DNA of 64,000 bases from Clostridiales bacterium (GCA_020859985.1 JAJBVD010000052.1:24076-88075), one strand, 5' to 3'; shown: positions 30,059 through 40,762, counted from the first letter of the stretch. Numbers and translations: made by a program. The notes: a model not told the origin generated them from the sequence alone.

Positions 30059-30127
30059 AAGTTCTCTGAAAACCGGAATCGCGCCCGGACAGTCCGCTTC
30101 ATGCGGGCAGCAGGGGCGCAGATCCTG

Positions 30128-31306
30128 TTATTCACCCTGAATTTTTGACAGCAGTTCATGAATCTTCGCGGTAGGCGTCTCAATATTGCTGAGCGTCGAA
30201 TCGTGATTCAATGTTTCTATGATCGTAGCCAGGAATCGCGTCATATCCGCTTCCGCATACCATTCCTTCGTCAGAAGCTCCGGATTCCGGTAATGAAGAT
30301 TCGTCGTAACAACTTTGGAAATATAGCCTTTTTCATAATAATCGTCAAACCTCGCAAGCCCGTCTGTGAACAGGCCAAAAGTGGTACACACAAACACGCG
30401 CTTCGCCCCGCGTTCCTTCACCTGCTTGGCTACATCCAGCATACTCTCGCCTGAGGAAATCATATCATCCACAACGATGCAGTCCTTGCCATCGACAGAA
30501 TCTCCGAGGAATTCATGTGCAACGATCGGGTTCTTTCCGTTCACAATGACGGAATAATCGCGCCGCTTGTAAAACATTCCCATGTCCACGCCGAGGATAC
30601 CGGAAAAATACACAGCACGGCTCATCGCGCCCTCATCCGGGCTGATGATCATCAGATGATCATTGTCAATCCGGAAATCTGTCACATTATCCACCAGAGC
30701 TTTCAGAAACTGATAGGTCGGCATAAATGAATCAAATCCACTTAAGGGAATCGCGTTCTGCACACGCGGATCGTGCGCATCAAAAGTGATGATATTCGAA
30801 ACACCCATCTCTTCCAGCTCCTGCAGAGCAAGCGAGCAATCCAGCGACTCACGCTTGGACCTCTTGTGCTGACGGCCCTCATACAAGAACGGCATTACAA
30901 CATTGATACGCTTTGCCTTTCCGTTCGCAGCGGAAATAATGCGCTTCAGATCCTGAAAATGGTTGTCCGGAGACATATGATTGACATGCCCGCAAACCTT
31001 ATATGTAAGGCTGTAATTGCAGACGTCCACCAGAATATATAAATCAGTGCCGCGGACAGAATCGTTAATCTGTCCTTTGCCCTCCCCTGTACCAAAACGC
31101 GGGCAGCTGCAGTCCAGCAGATAGGTATCCGCGATATATCCCGGCTGTGAGATGACGCTGCTGTTCGCGTTGTTTAAGCGGCTGTTCTGCCTCGACTCCA
31201 CCAGATGAGCATTCACCGCCGCTCCAAACTCACGGCAGCCCTCCAGGGCAGCTATTTTCAAAGGACCGACCGGCAGGATCGAATCAAGCGTTTGTATTTC
31301 AGACAT
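30128..31306 (-). CDS. prs: Ribose-phosphate pyrophosphokinase
   Basis: RFGTGEGK, TFDAHD, SPDEGA, VDDMISSGES. Confidence 0.95.
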   Translation of the reverse strand: MSEIQTLDSILPVGPLKIAALEGCREFGAAVNAHLVESRQNSRLNNANSSVISQPGYIADTYLLDCSCPRFGTGEGKGQINDSVRGTDLYILVDVCNYSLTYKVCGHVNHMSPDNHFQDLKRIISAANGKAKRINVVMPFLYEGRQHKRSKRESLDCSLALQELEEMGVSNIITFDAHDPRVQNAIPLSGFDSFMPTYQFLKALVDNVTDFRIDNDHLMIISPDEGAMSRAVYFSGILGVDMGMFYKRRDYSVIVNGKNPIVAHEFLGDSVDGKDCIVVDDMISSGESMLDVAKQVKERGAKRVFVCTTFGLFTDGLARFDDYYEKGYISKVVTTNLHYRNPELLTKEWYAEADMTRFLATIIETLNHDSTLSNIETPTAKIHELLSKIQGE

Positions 31307-31339
31307 AGGTTCCTCTCTTTCCTGAAAAAAAGTAATATC

Positions 31340-31366
31340 GTAACCGTGAGGGTACTATACAGTTAC
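31340..31366. repeat. 27-bp dispersed element, copy 2 (opposite orientation)
   Basis: gtaaccgtgagggtactatacagttac, 23/27 to the reverse complement of 54488-54514. Confidence 0.7.
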
Positions 31367-31436
31367 GTAATATCATTCTGTGCTCGAACCGAAAAAAGTA
31401 TAGCATCATGTTTCCAATGCGTCAATCAATCATTTC

Positions 31437-32294
31437 TCAAAACTGCCTGCGAATTGACAGAAATGCGGCCAGATTTCCCCGCTTTCCATGCGACGCGCGG
31501 TGAGAAAAAAAGACTGTGGGATTGCAGCAGGTACAAAGATCTGTGACCGATATATGTTCCGGACATAATCCGGCGCGAAGCAGGTTCTGCCTGCAGGCTT
31601 CCCATAAATTCAGCTGGTATTTTCCATCGCCTTTCTCTTCAAAAAGCAACGGCCACAATTCCCGGGAATAATTTGCGCGGAACTGTTCGATCACATCCTC
31701 ACTGACCTCATAGCAGTCTTGGCAGATGGATGGACCGATCGCCGCAAGCAATTCAGCCGGCTCCGTGCCGAAAACCTCCCGCATTTTTCTCACTGTAACA
31801 CACGCGATATCATTGACCGTGCCGCGCCAGCCGGAATGTGACAGACCGATCGCCCGATGAACCGGATCCACAAAATAAAGCGGCACGCAGTCTGCATAAA
31901 ATGTAGTCAGTACCACATCCGGTTCATCCGTGATCAGACCGTCCACATCCTGATAATCGCGTGCGCTAAGATATCCCTTCCCGCAGTCCGCGCCCGTCAC
32001 CTGCCGCACATTCGTTGTATGCGTCTGATCCGAAAACACCATGCGCTCATATGGAAATCCGATTGCCTCCGAAACACGATGAAAATTTTCAGTCACCCGC
32101 TCCGGAATATCGCCGCGGCTGTAGCTTAAATTCATACTTGCAAGTTCACGCTCACTGACGCCGCCGAAACGGCTGCTGAAGCCGTGAACGCAAAATGAAA
32201 TCTCATCCAGCGAGGGAAATGTGAAATAAAGCACACCGTTTTTCTGGTGTGCCCGCATCGGTTGCTTGTCTTTTTTTCTCACGAATGTTTCCAT
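31437..32294 (-). CDS. pgeF: Peptidoglycan editing factor PgeF (YfiH/laccase-like domain)
   Basis: HGFSSR, DQTH, YADCVP, HSGWRG, GPSICQDCYEV, FFSHR. Confidence 0.95.
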   Translation of the reverse strand: METFVRKKDKQPMRAHQKNGVLYFTFPSLDEISFCVHGFSSRFGGVSERELASMNLSYSRGDIPERVTENFHRVSEAIGFPYERMVFSDQTHTTNVRQVTGADCGKGYLSARDYQDVDGLITDEPDVVLTTFYADCVPLYFVDPVHRAIGLSHSGWRGTVNDIACVTVRKMREVFGTEPAELLAAIGPSICQDCYEVSEDVIEQFRANYSRELWPLLFEEKGDGKYQLNLWEACRQNLLRAGLCPEHISVTDLCTCCNPTVFFSHRASHGKRGNLAAFLSIRRQF

Positions 32295-32429
32295 ATTCAT
32301 CCTCATATCAGCAGAAAATCCTTCCCTGTCCGAACGAACCAGACAAACCTTGATCAGATCACAAGGCAGCCGTAAAATGAACTTTCTTCCTGCCTTTAAG
32401 CTGCAAGCAGTTTTTCTTCAGGCAGAACT

Positions 32430-32777
32430 TCAGGTCCAGAATGCATCCTTCACAATTCGAACCTCATCCCCGTCAAAAGCGACAACATCAAATCGCACGC
32501 TCTGGCTTTCCGGGATATGTTTTTCCATAAGATACCATCTGGCCACACGGATGATCCGCTGCTGCTTTCTCGTATCTACTGCCTCCAGGGCGCTCCCATC
32601 CCGTCCATTCGCACGGTATTTAACCTCGACAAACACCAGATATCCCTCATGTCTCGCGATCAGATCAATTTCTCCCATCCTGCAGCGATAATTCCGGCAG
32701 AGAATCTGATAGCCGTGATCTTCCAGATATCTGACAGCCAGCTTCTCATATTCCGCGCCGACCGCGCGTTTGTTCAT
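32430..32777 (-). CDS. yraN: YraN (UPF0102) family protein
   Basis: GAEYE, NYRCRMGEIDLIA, FVEVKYR, RFDVV. Confidence 0.95.
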   Translation of the reverse strand: MNKRAVGAEYEKLAVRYLEDHGYQILCRNYRCRMGEIDLIARHEGYLVFVEVKYRANGRDGSALEAVDTRKQQRIIRVARWYLMEKHIPESQSVRFDVVAFDGDEVRIVKDAFWT

Positions 32778-32881
32778 GCAGTTCCTCCATTATATACAAC
32801 CCTAACATTGTGAAAAACGAAACGTCCGTCACGCAGCTGTCCAATAAAAAGCTTAACCGAACCTGTTCTGAATCAATACGC

Positions 32882-33640
32882 TTAATCCACAAAGTGCCCA
32901 ATAAACGTCGTCCGATGGATCGGCGTCGGACCGAATCTTTTTAAAGCATCAATATGCGCCGCAGAACCATAGCCCTTGTGGGAGGCAAAACCATATTCAG
33001 GAAAAATGCGGTCATACTCGATCATCATACGGTCTCTGGTCACTTTCGCCAGCACACTTGCAGCAGCAATGGAAAGGCTCTTCCCATCCCCTCCAATGAT
33101 CGGCACCTGTCGAAGTGAAATCTCCGGAATTGTGACCGCATCATTCAAAAAGACCGAAGGCTGCGGACTTAACTGAGCAATGGCGTCTCTCATAGCCTCA
33201 TATGTAGCCTGCAGAATATTAATCTCATCAATCCGCGCGGGAGAAGCCATTCCTATGCCGTAGGCAATTGCTTTTTCCTCGATTTCATCAAACAGCTCTT
33301 CTCTGCGTGCAGCAGATAGCTTTTTTGAGTCATTCAAATACAAAATCTCGCAGTTACGCGGCAAAATGACAGCTCCTGCTACTACAGGGCCGGCAAGCGG
33401 TCCGCGGCCTGCTTCATCAATCCCGCAAACAAGACCAAGATCTTCATATTTGTGTTCATAAATCCGCATATGTTCAAGACGTTTGCGTTCCGAAGCCAGA
33501 CGTTCCAGCTTTTTGCGATACTGTGTGATCAGGTTTTGAACACCGCTTCGCTCATCAGCTGCATACATGTTAAACAACTGGAGAAGCTCTGCCTCATCAG
33601 CTGAAGCAAAGAGCTCTTTTATTTCACTGATACGCTGCAT
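32882..33640 (-). CDS. rnhB: Ribonuclease HII
   Basis: GIDEAGRGPLAGPV, LNDSKKL, IAAASVLAKVTRD. Confidence 0.98.
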   Translation of the reverse strand: MQRISEIKELFASADEAELLQLFNMYAADERSGVQNLITQYRKKLERLASERKRLEHMRIYEHKYEDLGLVCGIDEAGRGPLAGPVVAGAVILPRNCEILYLNDSKKLSAARREELFDEIEEKAIAYGIGMASPARIDEINILQATYEAMRDAIAQLSPQPSVFLNDAVTIPEISLRQVPIIGGDGKSLSIAAASVLAKVTRDRMMIEYDRIFPEYGFASHKGYGSAAHIDALKRFGPTPIHRTTFIGHFVD

Positions 33641-33753
33641 AACTCCTCCTGTACGGCGAATTTTTCACATCAGGCACATGACACACTTGACAATTAAGAA
33701 TCAATGGCTTCAGATGTTCCCAACAACTGTCCATATTGGCGCACCGGCCCGAT

Positions 33754-34305
33754 TTAGCAAATCAGCCCGATTTCAGAAAATGGCCAGACACGGAACAGTG
33801 CTTTTCCAATGATCTCATCTCTTGAAATATTGCCGACGCTCGGCTCCCGACTGTCAGTACTGTTATTGCGATTGTCTCCCAGAACAAAATATTCCTGTTC
33901 GCCAAGAGTAATGGCTTCGGAAGCCAGTCCGGCATTTTTTATTTCCTCGTATCCGTAAGATTCCTCAAGCATTTCTCCATTAATATAAATTCTGCCATCA
34001 ATAATCTGAACTGTCTCGCCCGGCAGTCCAATAATCCGTTTAATATAATACGTATCTTCCTGATACTGAAATGGGAAAACAATCACATCAAAGCGCTGCG
34101 GATCGGTAAACCGATAGGAAATCATGTCCACGATCAGCTGATCACCGTCATTCAAAGCCGGATACATCGAATCACCGCGAACTTCTGTACGCTCTCCCAC
34201 ATAATTCACAACCAGATAGACCGCAGCGCAGATAACCGCAATATAGAGAATCCAGCTCAATGCTTCTCGAACAATGCTCTTTTTCTTGTTGCTCCCCTTT
34301 TTCAA
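33754..34305 (-). CDS. lepB: Signal peptidase I (paralogue 3)
   Basis: GDSMYP, IKRIIGLPGE, GDNRNNSTDSR. Confidence 0.95.
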   Translation of the reverse strand: MKKGSNKKKSIVREALSWILYIAVICAAVYLVVNYVGERTEVRGDSMYPALNDGDQLIVDMISYRFTDPQRFDVIVFPFQYQEDTYYIKRIIGLPGETVQIIDGRIYINGEMLEESYGYEEIKNAGLASEAITLGEQEYFVLGDNRNNSTDSREPSVGNISRDEIIGKALFRVWPFSEIGLIC

Positions 34306-34315
34306 TGCTTTTCCC

Positions 34316-34900
34316 CTATTGATGCGTCAAAAGCCCTATGCTGCTAAATGGCCAGATTCTCACCCAGGCCTTGCCGACAATCGAATCACGGCTTACATTC
34401 CCTACTCTTTCCGTACGACTGTCAGTGCTGTTGTTTCGGTTATCCCCAAGAACAAAATACTCGTCCTCACCCAGCGTAATCTCCTCGGAAGCACGCCCGG
34501 GATTCTCTATCGTCTCTTTCCCGTAATCTTCTTCCAGCAGCTCCCCATTGATGTATATATTCCCATCGTCATCAATACGTACGGTTTCACCCGGCAGTCC
34601 GATAATCCGCTTGATATAATATTCTTTCGAATCCTCATAGGGCTGGAATACAATGATGTCAAAGCGCTGCGGATCACCAAACCGATAGGATAGCTTTTCT
34701 ACGATCAGATTATCACCGTCTGTAAGGGTATCATTCATAGAAGAACCATCTACAACTGTGCGCTGACCGACATAGTGTAGGATCAGCCAGGTAGCCACAA
34801 TTACAAAAGCTATATAAAAGATCCAGCTTAAAATTTCCTTTTTAGGATCCACCTTTTTTTCCTCGTCCGCAGAATTGCCCTGCTCTTTTTCTCTGCTCAT
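34316..34900 (-). CDS. lepB: Signal peptidase I (paralogue 2)
   Basis: GSSMND, IKRIIGLPGE, GDNRNNSTDSR. Confidence 0.95.
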   Translation of the reverse strand: MSREKEQGNSADEEKKVDPKKEILSWIFYIAFVIVATWLILHYVGQRTVVDGSSMNDTLTDGDNLIVEKLSYRFGDPQRFDIIVFQPYEDSKEYYIKRIIGLPGETVRIDDDGNIYINGELLEEDYGKETIENPGRASEEITLGEDEYFVLGDNRNNSTDSRTERVGNVSRDSIVGKAWVRIWPFSSIGLLTHQ

Positions 34901-34986
34901 TTTTTCATCTTCTTTCTATAAATGATACAAATATACACAACGTAATGTTCTTATACCGGATGCTCCGCGGCATAAAATAGTTGCAA

Positions 34987-35841
34987 TCATGCTAACTTTT
35001 GCGGTGGATCCTCCAGCGTAATCCGACCAATCCTACCGTTTCTGAAATCATCAAGCAACAGCATCGCCGCCTTTGCATAATCAGGATCTCCGCCTTTTTG
35101 AATACATCCGCGCACATTCGCTATCCTGCCCAGCACATCTTCCGCACGGCCGGCCTCATCAATCGGATAACGTGCAGATAAAAGCCCCGGATAATTTTCA
35201 CGAATATACTCCAGCACCCAAAGAGCAAGCTCTTCTGTCTGTAAAATCTCATCCCGAATGGATCCAAGAGCAGCAAGTCTTTGTCCTACCATCGGATCAT
35301 CAAACTTTGGCCATAGAATCCCTGGTGTGTCCAGAAGTTCTACATTTTTATTCAGCCGAATCCACTGTTTTCCGCGTGTAACGCCCGGCTTATTGCCAGT
35401 CTTTGTGCAGGCTTTTCCTGCAAAAGAATTAATAAAGGTAGATTTCCCGACATTCGGAATACCGGCCACCATCGCCCGAACCGGACGATTCCGAATACCG
35501 CGTCTTAAGTCCCGTTCCATCTTCTCACGGCAGGCTTCCTGAACGATATTCTGAATCTGCTTCATACCTGCACCTGATCTGGAATTGACTGCTGCAGCCA
35601 GATATCCTTTCTCCTGAAAATAAGAAACCCATCTGCGGTTCCTGCCCTCATCAGCCATATCTGCTTTATTCAACAGAATCACGCGGGACTTATTTTTTCC
35701 AATCTCATCAATATCCGGATTGCGCCCGGAAAGCGGTGCGCGGGCATCTGTCAGCTCGATGACAAGATCGACAAGCTTTATGTCCTCCTGCATCATCCGT
35801 TTTGCCTTTGTCATATGCCCGGGGTACCACTGAACGTCCAT
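34987..35841 (-). CDS. rbgA: Ribosome biogenesis GTPase RbgA (YlqF)
   Basis: QWYPGHM, GIPNVGKS, LLDTPGILWPK. Confidence 0.98.
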   Translation of the reverse strand: MDVQWYPGHMTKAKRMMQEDIKLVDLVIELTDARAPLSGRNPDIDEIGKNKSRVILLNKADMADEGRNRRWVSYFQEKGYLAAAVNSRSGAGMKQIQNIVQEACREKMERDLRRGIRNRPVRAMVAGIPNVGKSTFINSFAGKACTKTGNKPGVTRGKQWIRLNKNVELLDTPGILWPKFDDPMVGQRLAALGSIRDEILQTEELALWVLEYIRENYPGLLSARYPIDEAGRAEDVLGRIANVRGCIQKGGDPDYAKAAMLLLDDFRNGRIGRITLEDPPQKLA

Positions 35842-35884
35842 CCTATACCTCCTGTCCTTTGACAACATTCAATCCTCCGGCTGC

Positions 35885-36430
35885 TCAGTCAACAAAACCT
35901 CGATGTCCGGACGGAGACAGGATAAACCAGACCTTCCCCTCAATGTAGTCGCTCTTCACTACGCCCACATCCGCAAACCGGCTGTCTTCGCTGTTATTCC
36001 GATTGTCACCCAGAACAAAATATTCTCTGTCTCCAAGGGTGATTCCTTCTTCAGCCATACCTGCATTCGTAATAACAGGATAACTCTTTTCCTCGAGATA
36101 AACAACCCCATCGATGTAGATAATTCCGTCTTTGATCTGAATTGTCTCGCCGGGAAGGCCGATCACGCGCTTGATACTTGTATATGCGGTATTGCTTCCA
36201 TTCGGTTTAAACGCGATCACGTCGCCTCGCTTCGGAGAACTGAACTGATAAGCAAGAGTGTTCAAAAGAACTGTATCGCCTCCGGAAATCGTGGTATCCA
36301 TAGATTGTCCGATATTTGTCCTTGTCTGGCCAAAAAAATACACAACCACATAAGCAAAGAGTATTACAACCAGAATTTCAAAAGCCCACAAAAGTATTTT
36401 TTTTAGCAGGGATGATTTTTTTGTTTTCAT
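35885..36430 (-). CDS. lepB: Signal peptidase I (paralogue 1)
   Basis: GQSMDT, IKRVIGLPGE, GDNRNNSEDSR. Confidence 0.93.
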   Translation of the reverse strand: MKTKKSSLLKKILLWAFEILVVILFAYVVVYFFGQTRTNIGQSMDTTISGGDTVLLNTLAYQFSSPKRGDVIAFKPNGSNTAYTSIKRVIGLPGETIQIKDGIIYIDGVVYLEEKSYPVITNAGMAEEGITLGDREYFVLGDNRNNSEDSRFADVGVVKSDYIEGKVWFILSPSGHRGFVD

Positions 36431-36504
36431 TAAATGGTCTCCTGCCCGAATGGGTGTTTTTAAAAACAGGGAAATTACATACAGTAATCTCCCTGATCCT
36501 TTCC

Positions 36505-36852
36505 TTATTTCACAAGCTCTTTTACCTTAGCTCTCTTGCCTACACGACCTCTCAGGTAATTCAGCTTCGCGCGTCTTACCTTACCGCGGCGCACCACTTC
36601 GACCTTCTCAACGCTCGGAGAGTGCAGCGGCCATGTTTTTTCTACACCAACGCCATTGGAATTCTTACGAACTGTGAAAGTCTCACGGACGCCGCCGCCC
36701 TGCTTTTTCATCACGATTCCTTCGAATACCTGAACTCTCTCACGGTTACCCTCTTTGATCTTTCCGAATACGCGAACTGTATCGCCTACGGAAAACTGCG
36801 GTGCATCAGCCTTAAGCTGCGCATCTTCAATCTGTTTGATGATATCGCTCAT
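36505..36852 (-). CDS. rplS: 50S ribosomal protein L19
   Basis: [28 protein letters not shown]. Confidence 0.99.
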   Translation of the reverse strand: MSDIIKQIEDAQLKADAPQFSVGDTVRVFGKIKEGNRERVQVFEGIVMKKQGGGVRETFTVRKNSNGVGVEKTWPLHSPSVEKVEVVRRGKVRRAKLNYLRGRVGKRAKVKELVK

Positions 36853-36871
36853 TGTGTTCCTCCTTCATATA

Positions 36872-36912
36872 TTCGACGTTCTTAATACACCTGGTAACAG
36901 AGGACCGTCTTT
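36872..36912 (-). promoter_or_regulatory. Probable L19 leader RNA
   Basis: gacggtcctctg...aagaacgtc upstream of rplS resembles the Firmicute L19 leader pattern (from memory, not a covariance search). Confidence 0.55.
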
Positions 36913-36961
36913 TCTCACAACGCTGTTCAGTCTACCATGATTCGATTTAAAATGCAAGATG

Positions 36962-37732
36962 TTATTGTACCTTTTCGGGATTTTTTTGCTTTATACTCTC
37001 CAGAAAAGCAAGATCACCCTTACTCAGATCTGCATTGTTCAAAAGTTCCGGGCGATTTTGCTGTGTGCGAAGCAGTGACTGTTCCCTGCGCCATCGGTCT
37101 ACGTTGCCATGATGTCCGGATAAAAGCACCGAAGGCACAGACTGCCCTCTCCAGATCTCCGGACGACTATACTGGGGATACTCCAGCAGATGGTCAGAAA
37201 AACTCTCTGACTGTCCGGATTCGGCATTGCTCAAAACCCCCGGCACCATACGGGAGATTGCGTCCATCATCACCATAGCCGGCAGTTCACCTCCGGTCAG
37301 TACATAGTCCCCGATGGAGACTTGATCGGTGACAATCGCCTCTATCACTCGTTCATCCACTCCCTCGTAATGGCCGCAAAGAAAAATCAGGTGTTCTTCC
37401 CGTGCCATCTCCTGCGCCATTTCCTGATGAAACACTCTGCCCTGCGGGGTCAGATAAATGACACGCAAATGTTCTGTATCCTTCGTCGGATCGTCTGTTA
37501 TCCGGGATCTTAAATCTTCATACGCGCGATAAATCGGTTCCGCCTGCATGACCATCCCCGCGCCGCCGCCGTAGGGATAATCGTCAATCCGTCCGTTTCC
37601 TGTAACAGAATAATCGCGAATGTTTATAGTTTCAAGACTGAGCAGCCCTTTCGCGATAGCACGGCCGGTAATGCTGGTATTCATTCCCTGCTCGATCATT
37701 TCAGGAAACAGCGTCATTACATGAAAATTCAT
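36962..37732 (-). CDS. trmD: tRNA (guanine-N1)-methyltransferase TrmD
   Basis: MTLFPEM, DDYPYGGGAGMVM, CGHYEGVDER, GDYVLTGGE; ATGA overlap with rimM. Confidence 0.99.
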   Translation of the reverse strand: MNFHVMTLFPEMIEQGMNTSITGRAIAKGLLSLETINIRDYSVTGNGRIDDYPYGGGAGMVMQAEPIYRAYEDLRSRITDDPTKDTEHLRVIYLTPQGRVFHQEMAQEMAREEHLIFLCGHYEGVDERVIEAIVTDQVSIGDYVLTGGELPAMVMMDAISRMVPGVLSNAESGQSESFSDHLLEYPQYSRPEIWRGQSVPSVLLSGHHGNVDRWRREQSLLRTQQNRPELLNNADLSKGDLAFLESIKQKNPEKVQ

Positions 37733-38286
37733 TCCAGCAATCCCTCCAGCAAGTGTACAAGCATAGTACCTTTCTCCAGGTTCACATCCAGAATACACTG
37801 ACGGATAGCAGGAATCAATACCTGCCTTCCGTCGTCGAGCGTCACCTCGTAGACATCATTCGCACCGGTCTGAAGGACATCAGTCAGTTCTCCCAGTAAA
37901 AAACATGTCGAATTCTGCTCCCTGCGCCAATCCTCGTCAGTATAAACCTGAAGGCCCAACAGATCCGCAATAAAATATTCTCCCTCTTCCAGTCTCACAG
38001 CGTTTTCACGCGTCACATAAAGAGAGCAGCCCCGAAATCCCTCCACGTCCTCGATCCGGTCCAGACCGCGAAATTTCACGATCACAAGATTTTTAAAAAA
38101 ACGAACGCGCTCAACTTCCAGTTCACGCATTGTACTCAAATCGTTTGTCCCGGCAGCACGTGTCTCTATCAACACAGATTTCAGGCGTCGAAACCGGGCC
38201 GGATCATCTGTCGTCGGAAAAACCTTCACCTCACCGGCGAGTCCATGTGTTGTGGTCACCGCGCCAACCCGTAAAATTTTTTGCAT
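37729..38286 (-). CDS. rimM: Ribosome maturation factor RimM
   Basis: HGLAGEVKV, EYFIADL, TGANDVYEV, LIPAI. Confidence 0.97.
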   Translation of the reverse strand: MQKILRVGAVTTTHGLAGEVKVFPTTDDPARFRRLKSVLIETRAAGTNDLSTMRELEVERVRFFKNLVIVKFRGLDRIEDVEGFRGCSLYVTRENAVRLEEGEYFIADLLGLQVYTDEDWRREQNSTCFLLGELTDVLQTGANDVYEVTLDDGRQVLIPAIRQCILDVNLEKGTMLVHLLEGLLE

Positions 38287-38353
38287 CTTTCATCCTCATT
38301 TGTCAGAAAAAGGAGCTGCATGTTACTTATGACAGCTCCTTATCCCGTGCATA

Positions 38354-38584
38354 TTACTCCAAAATGTCTACAACGACTTTTTTGTCCTCCCTGGTCGCCG
38401 CAGCCTTCACTACCGAGCGGATTGCTTTCGCGATTCTGCCCTGCTTCCCGATCACCTTGCCCATATCGGACGGGGCAACCTTCAATTCAAGCACGAGTGT
38501 CTTGCCGCTTTCCCTCTCCGTGACCTCTACCTCATCCGGATTTTCAACCAGAGATTTTGCAATTACTTCCAATAATTCTTTCAT
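38354..38584 (-). CDS. khpA: KH-domain RNA-binding protein KhpA
   Basis: DMGKVIGKQGRIAKAIR. Confidence 0.97.
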   Translation of the reverse strand: MKELLEVIAKSLVENPDEVEVTERESGKTLVLELKVAPSDMGKVIGKQGRIAKAIRSVVKAAATREDKKVVVDILE

Positions 38585-38607
38585 ATCCGCTCACCTTTGA
38601 TCGTTGC

Positions 38608-38853
38608 TTATTTCTCAATGCCAGCCAGCTTAAAAAGCTTACCGACCGTCTCTGTCGGCTGAGCGCCGTTTGCAAGCCACTTTTTAGCAAGCTCCTCATC
38701 AATCTTGAACTCGCTCGGGTTCGCGTTCGGGTTGTAAGAACCAATCTCCTCGATGCATCTTCCGTCTCTCGGAGATCTGGAATCTGCTACGATGATTCTA
38801 TAAAAAGGATTTTTCTTCTTACCCATTCTTCTCAAACGAATCTTTACTGCCAT
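38608..38853 (-). CDS. rpsP: 30S ribosomal protein S16
   Basis: [26 protein letters not shown]. Confidence 0.99.
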   Translation of the reverse strand: MAVKIRLRRMGKKKNPFYRIIVADSRSPRDGRCIEEIGSYNPNANPSEFKIDEELAKKWLANGAQPTETVGKLFKLAGIEK

Positions 38854-38972
38854 CTCTTTCACCTCCTGTAGTAAATTATAAATATATCGTGCAGGATGAT
38901 CCTGTCAGCCTGCACACCCGCGCGAGCCATGCCAGCGACAGCTGAAAAATTCCATACGTGGCTCTGCGCATC

Positions 38973-40322
38973 TTAAAAGGGAAGTTTAAACTTACCTCTT
39001 TTAGCACCTTTTCCTCCAAGCATACCGGAGTACTGCTTCATCATCTTGCGGCTCTGGTCAAACTGCTTGACCAGCCGGTTCACCTCAGCAATATCCACTC
39101 CCGCTCCCGCCGCGATCCTGCGCTTGCGCGACATATTCAGAATGTCAGGATTCGCACGTTCTTTGGGTGTCATGGAATAAATAATCGCCTCTGTCTGCGC
39201 CATCTTCTTCTCATCGACCGCATCCTCAATCTGCTTCATCTGAGAACCGCCGATGCCGGGCATCATACTTAGGACACTGGAAATGCCGCCCATATTTTTC
39301 ATCTGGTTCATGCTCTCAAGGTAATCGTCAAATCCGAACGTTGCCTTACGCAGACGCTGCTCCATCGATTTGGCTTTTTCCTCATCGATGTTCTCCTGCG
39401 CTTTCTCGATCAGAGAGAGTACATCCCCCATGCCAAGGATCCGGGAAGCCATACGGTCGGGATAAAACTGTTCCAGATCAGAAAGCTTCTCACCCATGCC
39501 GACATACAGGATCGGCTTGCCGCAGGTTGCTTTAATTGAAAGCGCTGCACCACCTCTCGTGTCACCGTCAAGCTTCGTCAGGATGACGCCATCGATGCCG
39601 ATCTTCTCCTCGAACATAGATGCAACATTCACCGCATCCTGTCCGGTCATCGCATCAACCACAAGAACCGTCTGATCTACAGAAACGGTCTCTTTGATCT
39701 GCTGCAGTTCGTGCATCATATCTTCATCAATGTGAAGCCGACCTGCTGTGTCAAGAAAAACCAGATTCAGATTATGCGCTTTCGCGTAGCGGACAGCCTC
39801 CTCGGCAATGTGAACAGGATTCTCCTTATCGCCCATCGAGAAAACCTCGACGCCCTGCTTCTCACCGTTGATCTCAAGCTGCCGGATTGCAGCCGGCCGA
39901 TATACATCGCAAGCCACAAGCAAAGGCCTGCGCCCCTTCGACTTGAATTTACCCGCCAGCTTTGCCGCAGTCGTCGTCTTGCCCGCACCCTGAAGGCCGG
40001 CCATCATGATAACCGTCACTTCATTAGCCGGACGCATTGCGATCTCCGTTGTCTCCGAACCCATCAGGGATGTGAGCTCATCATTGACAATCTTGATCAC
40101 CATCTGTCCCGGATTCAGACCGTTCATCACATCCTGTCCGATAGCCTTTTCCTCGACCGACTTGACAAACTGCTTGACGACCTTGAAACTGACGTCTGCC
40201 TCCAGAAGAGCCATCTTGACCTCTTTGAGTGCAGCCTTTACATCTGCCTCTGTCAGGCGCCCCTTGCTTCGAAGGTTTTTAAAAACATTCTGCAGTTTTT
40301 CTGATAAGCTTTCAAAAGCCAT
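38973..40322 (-). CDS. ffh: Signal recognition particle protein Ffh
   Basis: GLQGAGKTT, DTAGR, TKLDGDTRGG, SRKRRIAAGAG. Confidence 0.99.
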   Translation of the reverse strand: MAFESLSEKLQNVFKNLRSKGRLTEADVKAALKEVKMALLEADVSFKVVKQFVKSVEEKAIGQDVMNGLNPGQMVIKIVNDELTSLMGSETTEIAMRPANEVTVIMMAGLQGAGKTTTAAKLAGKFKSKGRRPLLVACDVYRPAAIRQLEINGEKQGVEVFSMGDKENPVHIAEEAVRYAKAHNLNLVFLDTAGRLHIDEDMMHELQQIKETVSVDQTVLVVDAMTGQDAVNVASMFEEKIGIDGVILTKLDGDTRGGAALSIKATCGKPILYVGMGEKLSDLEQFYPDRMASRILGMGDVLSLIEKAQENIDEEKAKSMEQRLRKATFGFDDYLESMNQMKNMGGISSVLSMMPGIGGSQMKQIEDAVDEKKMAQTEAIIYSMTPKERANPDILNMSRKRRIAAGAGVDIAEVNRLVKQFDQSRKMMKQYSGMLGGKGAKRGKFKLPF

Positions 40323-40350
40323 TCGAATACTCCTTTGTGGCGGTTCAAGC

Positions 40351-40695
40351 TCAAAGCTCGTCCAGAATTCTTTCGGATAATTCTGAAACCTGATGAGCAA
40401 GTTCTGCTTTATCGATCCTCTGAGCTTGTGCGGAAAGTTCCTGAAGCCTGATCACATTCAAACGGATGTTTTGAAAGCGTTCCACCAGATGCAGCTTCGA
40501 CTCATACTCCTCCATCTGCTTCTCACAGCGCTTCACCAGATCATGTACACCCTGACGGCTGATATCAAACATCTCCGCCGCCTCCGAGTAGGAACGGTCA
40601 TCCTGCACCACAGCCTCATACACGGTCCTCTGATGCTCTGTAAGCAGTTCTCCATAAAAATCATACAGGAGCGACTGCCGCAATACTTCATCCAT
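40351..40695 (-). CDS. ylxM: YlxM (UPF0122) SRP-associated protein
   Basis: LYDFYGELLT, ISRQGVHD; precedes ffh. Confidence 0.93.
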   Translation of the reverse strand: MDEVLRQSLLYDFYGELLTEHQRTVYEAVVQDDRSYSEAAEMFDISRQGVHDLVKRCEKQMEEYESKLHLVERFQNIRLNVIRLQELSAQAQRIDKAELAHQVSELSERILDEL

Positions 40696-40713
40696 TTCTG
40701 ATCACCGTTGCCT

Positions 40714-40762
40714 ATCTTACTCGCAAAAAGAAAACCTGTCAAGTGTTTTTTCTTGACAGGTT
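40714..40762 (-). promoter_or_regulatory. ylxM-ffh promoter embedded in a hairpin
   Basis: aacctgtcaag/cttgacaggtt stem (40733-40762) contains TTGACA; 17 nt to TAAGAT. Confidence 0.7.
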
